64,000 nucleotides of DNA from the NCBI RefSeq assembly GCF_048593235.1, contig NC_133619.1, forward strand, positions 636,842,558 through 636,906,557, written 5' to 3'. Made by a program: the position numbers and the translations under genes. Under the pieces are notes generated by a model. That model was not told the origin of the DNA. It did no database searches and worked only from the letters and a program-made list of their open reading frames with translations. Source of the DNA: Sminthopsis crassicaudata (taxonomy: Eukaryota). This document shows, in pieces, positions 12,585 through 22,300 of this stretch. Each line of letters begins with the position of its first letter. The stretch's first letter is position 1.

Positions 12585-12780
12585 TCTGACGTCACTAACG
12601 GTCCTCAACGACCCCGGGTCCCCTCGACACCCCCACCACGTTTCCTCGGCTTCTAGGCTCACGAGCCGCTCCCACTGGGCAGGCGCAGTGAGCGTGTGGG
12701 GGAGGGGAGGGCGAGCCAGGCCACGCCGGCATCGTGCGCATGCGCCCCTTCTTCTCCCGCCCGCCGCCCTTGACAACGAG
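12585..12780 (+). promoter_or_regulatory. CpG-island promoter of the TEX14-like gene with CRE, MYB-like and NRF1 motifs
   Basis: TGACGTCA 12587-12594, TAACGGTC 12596-12603, TGCGCATGCGC 12735-12745; CpG-rich from about 12540 to 13700. Confidence 0.6.
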
Positions 12781-13330
12781 CCCGGTCCCCAAACCTAGGT
12801 CGGGGCGGTGCCCAAACGGCCGCCTTCGAGGCTGCTTCCCCCCACATCTCCCCCTACGTCTGTCCCTCGTCCTCCGTCCTCCCCCCGCTGCCCCCCCACT
12901 TGTTGTGATCCCTCTACTTGAGTGCCCCCCCTCCCCTCCTCTCCCTCCCAGAGCCCTCTTGGGAAACCCCCAGACCCTCCCCTCTGACCCGCGCCCCCGG
13001 ATCCCCTGAGACCCCCCCTTCCACATCTCCCCCGGGACTCGCCCTGCTCCTCTTCGGTCCCGCCCGAATCCCCCCCAGCGCTTTCCTTAATTTCCCCGCG
13101 CTTTCCTTAATTTCCCCGCGCCCCCCCACGACCTGCAGACCCTCCCCCCGTCCCGAGGCCGCCCCCCTCCCTCTTTCCCTCCCCCATCTGCTCTTCCCAG
13201 ACCCCGCCGTTCCCTTCCGGTGACGCCGGAGCCTCCTGAGCGCGCGCTCCCCATGGGCCTTCTGCCCGCCCCCAGCCAGACTCTCCCCGGCGTCCCTGGG
13301 CCGGCCCTGGGCTGACCGCCGGGCACGCTC

Positions 13331-16300
13331 ATGCCCACGCTGCCCCCGCACTGCCCCGTGGAGCTGGGCTCCGTCAGTGAGCGGGACAGCCCCCTGGCAC
13401 AGCTGCACCAGCTGGCCGTGGTGGGCGGGCCCTGCTGGCGGCTGGCCAGGGTCCTGAAAAAAGGTGACCCGCCCGGGTGAGGGCTGGGCCGGGGGGAGGG
13501 GCGGGGGGCGCCGCGCCCGTCCTGAGGCTCCGTGCCCCTCTTGCGCCCTCGCAGGGGTCCAGGTGGATGGGGAAAACTCGCTGGGGCAGACGGGCCTCTT
13601 CCTGTCGGCGCTGCTGGGCCGCGCGGGCGCCGTCCGGCTCTTCCTCCGCTTTGGAGCGGACCCCAACCAGTGAGTGGGCGGGGCCCGGCACCCTGGGCGG
13701 GGCTTCCCCCCCCTCCAGCGCCTTTATCTCCCCTCGGTCTCTCCTCCAGCCGCTGCTTGGATGGAAGCACCCCGGTGCACGCGGGGGCTTTCTCCGGCCA
13801 CTGCCAGGTCTTCCTGTGGCTCCTGGAGGCCGGGGGGGACCTGAGGCTGCACGACCAGCAGGGCTGGACCGCCGGGGACTGGGCCCAGCAGGCTGGGGCG
13901 GAGAGCTGGCAAGTGAGCAGGGGGCAGCGGCGCAGGGGGCCCAAGGAGGCGGGGCACAGAGGGCCCACGGAGGCGGGGCACAGGGGGCCCAAGGAGGCGG
14001 GGCCCAAGGGGCCCAAGGAGGCGGGGCACAGAGGGCCCAAGGAGGCGGTGCACAGGGGGCCCAAGGAGGCGGTACACAGGGGGCCCAAGGAGGCGGGGCA
14101 CAAAGGGCCCAAGGAGGCGGGGCACAAGGGGCCCAAGGAGGCGGAGCCCAAGGGGCCCAAGGAGGCGGGGCACAGAGGGCCCAAGGAGGCGGGGCACAGG
14201 GGGCCCAAGGAGGCGGAGCCCAAGGGGCCCAAGGAGGCGGGGCCCAAGGGGCCCAAGGAGGCGGGGCACAGAGGGCCCAAGGAGGCGGGGCACAGGGGGC
14301 CCAAGGAGGCGGGGCCCAAGGGGCCCAAGGAGGCGGGGCACAGGGGGCCCAAGGAGGCGGGGCACAGGGGGCCCAAGGAGGCGGGGCACAGGGGGCCCAA
14401 GGAGGCAGGGCACAGGGGGCCCAAGGAGGCGGGGCACAAGGGGCCCAAGGAGGCGGGGCGCAGGGGAGGCCTTTACCCTGACAACAGTGGTCAGCGAGCT
14501 GGCCCACTCCGACGGGAGACTCAGTGGGGCTCCACTGGTCTGGGGCAGGGTGGGCAATGTCAGGACCCTGGGTCCGGCTGCCCGGCAGCCACAGACGCCC
14601 CCTTCCCCCCCAGCCACAAGTGAGGGACAGCCCCCATGCTTGAGGCGCAGAGGTTGGGCCTTGGTGTGGCCAGAGGATGCTGGGGCCAGTCTAGGGGGCC
14701 TCGGCTGGGGGTGCCCATCCCCAGGAGGATGGCGGGGGCTTCAGAAGAGGGGCCAGGACTGGCACACCCTGATGCTAACACCAGACCCTGGGGGCTCCAG
14801 GGCTGCCTAGCGGGTAGGGGGTCTTGCCCCGGAAAGCCCCCCTCGCGGCCCCCGTGAGGCCCGGGTCGCCAGCGCCTGTCTGCCGGCTCCATCTGTCCCC
14901 CCTCGTTCCAGGTGTTGGAGCTCCTCCGGGAATGCCGAGCCCGCATGTCCCTGCTGGCCCAGGGGGGTGAGACGGCGCTGGCCTCGTCCCTGGGGGAGCT
15001 GTGGGGGCTCCGGGCAGGATCCCTGGGAAACCTGCACCTGGCCCTGTCCTCCCAGCTCCTGCCTCAGGCCGAAGGGTAATGGCTGATTGCTCACTCCTTC
15101 CCTCCCTTGCCTGGACCCTTCTCCCACTAGCCTAGGGGAGGGAGCCCGGCTGGGACTGACTTCCCCCCCACCCCCAGGTCACTGTGGCCCAACCGGATCC
15201 AGAGGTCGCCCCAGGTGCCCGGGCTGGGATTCGGCCAGGTAGGCGGGAGGTGCTGGTGGGGGAGGGGGAGGGGGTGCCCCGGGGGGACCTGCTAAGCAGC
15301 GTTTCTCCCCCCAAAGCTGAGCAGCCTGCGGCCTCTCGGCCTGACGTCGGGGGTCCCCCTGGTTGATCCTGAGGAGTTGCTGCCGGCGCAGGGGGAGCCT
15401 GACCGGACCTATGAGTGCGGCGCCCACACCATTATGGTCAAGTGAGAGCAGAGAAAGGCCTCGGGACATCTGCCCAGCCCCCCCCAGTGATCCCCACCGG
15501 AGCCCCCTCCCTCCTGCCCATGCCCCCCCAGGACCCCGGCCTCCCCATCCTGGGCCTCCCCTCACTCCTCGATTTCATCTTCTGTCCTAAAGCCTCTTGT
15601 GGAGGGGACACCCGGTGACTGTTCGGAAACTGAAGCCAGCCCCCGCCAGGGCCCTCCCAGACCTGCTGCTGTCTGACCTGAAGCACTGCAGGTACTGCCT
15701 GCTTGGGGCCGGCCTGGAATGCCGCCCCCTCCTCCAGGGGCCTGCTGGGCACCCTCTCGGGGCTGGGGCCCACCAGGAGCTTCCCTGCAATCCTGTCTCC
15801 ACAGCCTCCTCCATCACCCCAACTTGCTGCTGCTCATGGCCCTGAGCCCCTCCCCTGACCTGGCCGGGCTGTGCCTCCTGTTTGAGCCCATCCAGGAGGG
15901 CTCCCTGCACCGAGTGCTGCACTCCCCCGGGGTGAGCTGGCTGGGCCGGGGTGCGGGGTGCCCCTTCCCCCATGGGCCTGGTGCTAGCATCAGGGGATGT
16001 CAGTCCCGGGCCCCTCTTCTGAAGCCCCCGCCAGAGCTGGCAGAACCGTCCCAAGGGAGCCGAGGACGGGGGCCAGAAAGGGACGGGGCAGAGGGCAGCC
16101 CGGGGATGGAGGAGGGGAGGATGGAGGAGCTGGGGCCTGGGCCAGCAGGGACATTCTGGCTCGGAGACCTAAAGGATAAGGTGAGGGATGCAAGAGTGAT
16201 CTCAGCGACCCCTGGGGCACAGTGGAGTAGTGAGACCACCTTCCTCCTCACCCTGGGTCAGAGCCGGGGGCGTCTCAGGCCCTCATCCCTGCTCCTCTGG

Positions 16301-18804
16301 GGGCAGGATGGGGATGTTGAGGCACCCGGAAGGGGAGAGGCCGTGGCGGATTCACTGACTGTGCCCACTGCCTCCTCTCCCCACTAGGATGTGGCAGGCC
16401 CCAAAATCCCCCCGGGATTCACCCCAGGACAGCTGCTGTTACAGGTGCTGGAGGCCCTGCTCTTCCTCCAAGGCCAGGCCCGGGCCCACGGGGGCCTGAG
16501 CTCCCACGCCGTCCAGCTGGTTCGACCAGGGCTGGCCAAAGTCAGCAACCTGGAGCACGGGCGATCCCTGCCCCGGCCCCAGTGAGTGAGCCCAGTGGCC
16601 CGGCTGTGCTCCGCCCTACCCCCCCCCTCAGCCCTGCCCCCCCGGCCCTGCTCCCTGCCTCCCCTTTACTCTCCTCCTTGCTCTGTAGGCCAGAGAGAGC
16701 AGTTCCTTGGGGGGGCCCAAGGCCAGGGCCGCCCCCATCCTCTGAGTTGTACCCCTGGCTGCCGCTGGAGCTGATTCGGGGAGACTCACCCACCCCGACT
16801 TCAGACTTGTACAGTTTCTGCATCTTGACCCAAGAGGTCTTTACTGGTTGGTGCTCCCCCCCACTGTCCTCCTTCCCAGACACCTTCACTGTCTGCATGA
16901 CGGGGCCACGCCCCTAATCACAGCTTGATTTCCCTCCCCAACCCCACTCTTGTCTCCTGTCCCCCCCCCCATGTTGCAGGGAGCCTTCCCTGGGCTGGGC
17001 AAGAAGGCCTGCAGGTGAAGGCAAAGCTGGAGTCCGGGGAGGGCCCGGCTCTTGCTCCCCAGGTGCCTCCAGCCTACCAAGCCCTGGTCAAGGCAGGCCT
17101 GAGGGTGCGGCCCCGAGACCGGAAGGGCAGCCTGCAGGACGCCCGCTACAAGTTGAGGGTGGCCTTGGCTCAGGTACAGGGTGGGGGGGGCACGAAGCTG
17201 GGCCAGGGCGGGGAGGGGGGCGGCCCGGCGCCCGCAGGCCGTGACAGGGTTGTCTGGTCCCCAGGAGTCTGCGCTTAGAGAAGCCTCTGTGGGCAACTTG
17301 GGCAGCATCTCCTCAGAGCTAAAGACCCCGCCACAACCTCAAGCGGGCCGGGAAGGCGACCACCCCACGGCCCATTCGCCTTGCCCTCCCCACGCGGAGC
17401 AGCTGCCGGAGCTGGATCCCAAGGTCACTAGCACACCTAGGCCTCCGTCCCCCAAGATGGCTCCGAACCCCAACCCGTCCGAGGTAATGGAGGTGCTGGT
17501 GGGAGGGAGACGGGGGATCGGGCCAAGGCCATAGAGAGAGGAGGCTCTGTCTCTCCGATGCTCCCTAGACCTTGAAGTCCCCCGAGAGCGGAGGGGCCTG
17601 GGGGAGCACTTGGAGCCCCCCGGCCTTGGACTCAGGAAGCAGCCTGACCCTGGGCAGCAGCCTCAGCCTGAGCTCCCAACCTGAAACGGCCTCGGCAGAG
17701 AAGAGGAAGCCGGCCAGTCCCGAGGTAGGGAGGCCCCGGCCTCTGGCCACCCGCCCTGCAGCCTTCCGCTCGCTCCCGGCGGGCTGACGCAGCCCCTTCC
17801 CCCCTCTCTGCAGAGGCCGGCTCTGCTGACCAGTCTGAGGGAGTCGGCCTCCCTGCTGGGCCAGGCCCAGGGCTCCCTGGAGAGACTGGAGAGGAGGTTC
17901 TCAGCCAGGATCCGGGCCCTACAGGATCTGCTGGGAGATGGCCCCGAGGCCTCCCAGTCCACCTGCCCCCAGAGTGAGTTGGCCCGAGGGGCCCCTTCCT
18001 CCCCGCCTCTTGCCTGTCAGTCATTGAGCTCCTCCCTCCCCCCCTACCTCCCTCCTTTTACCTCTCCCACCTTCCCCAGGTGCCCGAAGTTTTCAGGAAT
18101 GCATTGATCTGGCGGCCCAGGCCCGGCGACTGGACAGACAGGAAGGGAGGACCCAGGTAGGGATTGGGGGAAGGGCGGGATTGGGGCCCTGGGCGCTAGG
18201 GGGATCCTCTCCTGATCTCTGAAGTGCCTGAGCAGGCCGGCTTGCCTTGGTCCCCTGACATCTTGGGGCCTCGAGAAGCCCTGCTACTGCAAGGTCCCAT
18301 TAGGGACGGATTAAGTGCTTTAAGCTGCGGAGGGGGCTGGGTGTATTTTGGGGCGCTCTAGTCCAGCAGCCATTAAGCAGGACGTGGTGGGGGCACACTG
18401 GCCACACAAGATGACCAAGAAAAAGTGGCTCCTCTTGGGCCGCTGCCCTAATGAGGCGCACTGTGGGTGTTCAACTAGTATGAAGCACCTACTGTGTGCC
18501 AGGTTGTGCCCCCTTTCCTTCCCAGGTCCTGGTCCCGGAGCTATCCAAAGAGAGCCCCTTCACCAGCCTGCAAAAGTAAGATCCGCTTTCCCGACCCGCT
18601 CCAATAACTTACTTTGGGGTCCCCCTCATGACCCTGACCTCGTTTCTTGATCTTCCCCAGGCTAGACCTGCTAGAGGAGATCATCACAGAGCTACAGGGT
18701 GAGGTGGGGATGGCGGATGGGCTCTTCCCCTTTCTGAGGCGTTGATCTGGCTCTGCTGTGACCTCTGACTCTGTCCCTCAGGAACCCCCAAACCAAGGAG
18801 CTGA
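13331..18804 (+). CDS. TEX14-like protein: N-terminal ankyrin repeats, pseudokinase domain, helical C-terminus; 18 coding exons, ~751 aa
   Basis: Exons 13331-13463, 13555-13669, 13750-13912, 14912-15075, 15178-15238, 15317-15441, 15593-15691, 15805-15931, 16388-16581, 16689-16846, 16980-17173, 17265-17483, 17569-17724, 17814-17973, 18080-18156, 18526-18575, 18661-18698, 18782-18804 (2256 nt, no stops, all GT/AG). [69 protein letters not shown] and SDLYSF parallel TEX14 as recalled. AATAAA at 18861-18866. Confidence 0.88.
13928..14460. repeat. 24-bp VNTR (~22 copies, GGGCACAGGGGGCCCAAGGAGGCG) in the TEX14-like intron after the third coding exon
   Basis: Near-perfect tandem units; translate as GHRGPKEA repeats in ORF 13532-14623. 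Confidence 0.95.
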
Positions 18805-19377
18805 GAGTGGATCTCCGGGCTGAGTCCAGCTGGTGTCGGCCCCCTGACCCCAAACCCAATAATAAAGCTTCCCCCAGCCCACCACCTTTCTCTGCCTCTC
18901 ACTACAGCGCGGATAATAATAGCACGAGACAAAACTTGGTTTTCACTTTTATTTGGGGCCGGGGGCTCGGCGGGACACTCTCTCAGACACGCGCACACGC
19001 ACCCCCCCAAAGCCCTCGAGGGCACATTCGCAACTGCACATACAGGGGGAGGGGGCAGGGCATGCTGGGGGATGCTGGGGCTGGGGGAGATGAAGCGTCT
19101 TCATCTTGCCCCAATTAGTGCAAGAAACCCCAGACAATGTGTGGGGGGAGGGCAGAGAAACTACGTACGACATGAGATCACATCGGAACCAGTTTACAAA
19201 GTTAGAAAGTTGAGTAATTTGGGAAAAAATTACAAAATGGATTTGAATTGGGGATGGGGGCCCCAGGGCCAGTGATGGCAGGAGGGTCCGTGGTCATCAG
19301 CAGGCACACCCAGCTAGGGCCCCAAAGCTTCCCATTCACCAACATTTTACAAAAAGGAGGCGAGGGGATCTCCGGCC

Positions 19378-22300
19378 TCAGCAGTAGCTGTGAGTCTGGC
19401 CCTTAGCATGGAGGGTCCAGCTTGGGGGCGGGAGGTAGGAGGGTGGGGGGCCAGCCCCCTCTCCGTGTCCGTCGCCGACATTTCCGTACGGGACCCCGTG
19501 AGGAGCCTGGGTGGGGGTCCTGTAGAGGAGGAGGGGATCTGGAGGGCCCCAGGGTCGAGGAGGCCGGGGCCCCCAAGGGGAGCGCTGCTTGTGAGGGAGG
19601 CGAGGGGCCGGGGGGCCGGGGTCTGAGCGACTTCGGGGGTGGGCGGGAGGGGAGGAAGAACAAGAGGAGGAGGTGGGGGAGGGCCCCCCACCCAGGGGCA
19701 AGTTGACGTAGACTGGTTCCAGGTGGGCTGGACGTCGCCGGGATTCTTGAGGGTGGTAGCAAAGGCGGCCGTGTTGGGAAAAAGGCTGCAAGGCCGGGGG
19801 GTAAGGGTGAGGAGGAGGAGGAGGGTAGCAGAAGAGGAAATCGGGAGGACCCTGGGGCGGGGAAGCAGTGAGTCCCTCGGGGGCCTGGTGGAAGGAGGCC
19901 CAAGGCCGAGGCAGGCCTGGATAGGGAGGCCCCTCGGTCCCGCTGATCTCGTAGTACAGATTTTCCCCCTTGTCGGGGGGCAGCGTGGGACCACGGGGAG
20001 TCCTCCGGTTGGGGGGCTGGGGGCTGGGCCTGTAGGGAGGAGCAGCTAGGGAGTGAAGAGGGGGCTTGGGGGGGCCAGGGAAGGGCAAGGGGCGCTCCTT
20101 GGGGCTGGGAGAGGGCACGGCAGTGGAGAAGAAGGAGGCGGGCACCTGCAGAGGAGGAGGAAGAATCATTGAGGGCCAGCTGACACCTCCAGGGGGAGCG
20201 TGTGTGGGCACAGCTTTCGGGGGGCCTTTCGTGCTATCACTCACCTGTGCAGGACCTCGTCGTTCCCTCCGTGGGAGGCCAGAGACGTGTGGGCGCAAAA
20301 GGCCTCCGTCGCTCTGCTGCCGCTGCAAGGAGGCCGGGGGGGGGCCCAGGGCTTGGGGACTGGAGCTCCCCATGGAGTAGAGGGGCCCAGGGCCCCCCGT
20401 TCCTGGGCCTTCCCCACCCGCTTCCAGGGACAGTGAACGTCGGAAAGGGGAGCGAGGGATGGGGGGGACTGTGCCCCCCAGCTCCTGCTGGCGCTGGCGC
20501 TGTGCCACCCTCTGAGCCCGCTCAGCCAAAGCGAGGGCCATCAGGCGGGCTGGATTCTTGGGGGGTGGAGGAGGGGCCCCTCCAGGCCGGAGGAGGGACA
20601 AGGGTATAGGTGGCCCGGGACCTGCACAGAGAGAGGAGACGGGCCTGGTCAGCAGTGCAGATGCAGACACAGCTGGGGGCGGGGGCCTGGGTTAGGGATT
20701 TACTCACTCAGTGACCCCTGCAGGTCTCTCTGGCAGGTTAGGGACAGTTTGCTCCGGATCTCCCTCTGGCAGCTGTCACTCAGTTCGGTCTCACCACTGC
20801 GCAGCAGGAGAGGGATGAGCTGGGGAGCCGGGGTGGCAGGCGGAGGGGAAGGGGTGGCAGGGGAACCGCCCCCCAGCAACTCCAGCACAGCGGGGGGCAC
20901 AGAAACGGCCACTGGCTCGGAGATGTCCAGGGCGGTGGGCGCAGCAGGGCTGGCTGGGCCCCGGGGAGAGCGAGGAGGGGGGGTGGCTTTATGGAGAAAC
21001 GAGCCCGCAGGGGCCGGGGGCGCAGGACTGGCGGGAGGGGCGGGGTCCCCAGGGGTGGGGCTGCTGCAGCGGAAGGTGAGGGGATCGAAGTCGAGGCCCC
21101 TCAGCCCCTCCAGGCACCTTGGGGGGCTAAAGTCCAGGTCATCCCCATCGTCCAGCCAGGCCGAAACCCGGTGGGGGGGGGAGCCCACCAGCTCCCCGCT
21201 GCCCACGGATGACGTGCTGGTGGAGGACGACGACGATGACGAGCTGGAAGAGAGGCTCTCGCAGGAGCCGGCTGGGCCCGGAGCCACAGGGAAGGCGTCG
21301 CTGCTGGAGCGTGGCCGGCGCAGCCGGTGGAGCCTCTGCAGGCCTGCGGGCAAAGGCGAGGGAAGGGGGGGGGGGGGCTGCTGGGCCCTGGCGGACCACG
21401 GCTCCTCCCTCCTCCCACACTCCCACTCTGCCCACGTGGAGACTCCCCACCCCGGAACCCCAAGGGGCTCCTTGTGCAATGAGGCCTGTCTCTGGGCGCC
21501 CCTCCCCCCCGATCCCCCCAATCCTCCCGGAGCGCACCCCGTCTCCCCGCACCCCCGTGCCGGTAGACTTAAAATCAGTGCTCAGCGCTCTGCAGTCAGC
21601 TCAGGGGTCTGGGGTCTGGGCTCTCACTATCCCACTGGACGCCATTCCTGGCTCCCTGTGGCCCCTTCCATCTGGCTCCCAGCTCTCCCCACCTCCAGCT
21701 CTCCCTTTGAGGGATGACCTGGGCACCTCCTCCCTGCTCTGCTGGGCCCAGAGCGGGCGGCTGCCACTGCCCTCCCCCTCCCCAGGATGTGCAGGCCCGG
21801 CCCCTGGGGTCCTCACCGGCTCCGCTGGTCTGGGACGACAGCGACTCCTCGCTCTTGGCCGCCCGCAGCGGGGCTGCTTCCACTGGACCACCTAGAATTC
21901 AGCAAGAGCCAGGAGGAGGCAAGATTGGGAAGCCCCCCTTCTCTCCCCCCCCCCATCTTGGGCTCAGGCGTCTCACTCACCTGGGGGTGGCTGGGACCCT
22001 TGGCCAGCTCCACGCCAAGGCAGGGGCTTCTTCCGGACCGAGGAGGGGCCTCTTCCCAGGGCAAAGAAGGTCTTCCAGCTGCTGCCCCCCGGTTTTCTGC
22101 GCTTCTCCCCGAAGATCCCCTTCCTCCTACACAGGAGAGGGGGGTGAGATGGGCCGGCCTCGGGTGGGGGCCCCCGCCCCCGCTCTCCCATCCCGGGGTC
22201 ACTCACTGGTCTTCAGGTGAAGGAGCAGCCTTGGCCCCCTGTGCGGACAGCCGACCCTGGGACCGAGCCTGAGCCTCCTCTAGGGAGAGGAGGCGGGTGG

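Noticed and set aside
13087-14623. Long ORFs in several frames on both strands (453, 377, 334, 363, 297 aa) and a CRISPR-like look
   Set aside because: Products of a stop-free 24-bp VNTR; units are contiguous with no unique spacers, there are no cas genes, and the DNA is mammalian.
16731-16757. GPPPSSELY as a CEP55-binding GPPX3Y motif
   Set aside because: Tyr is five residues after GPP, not three, and lies in the kinase activation segment.
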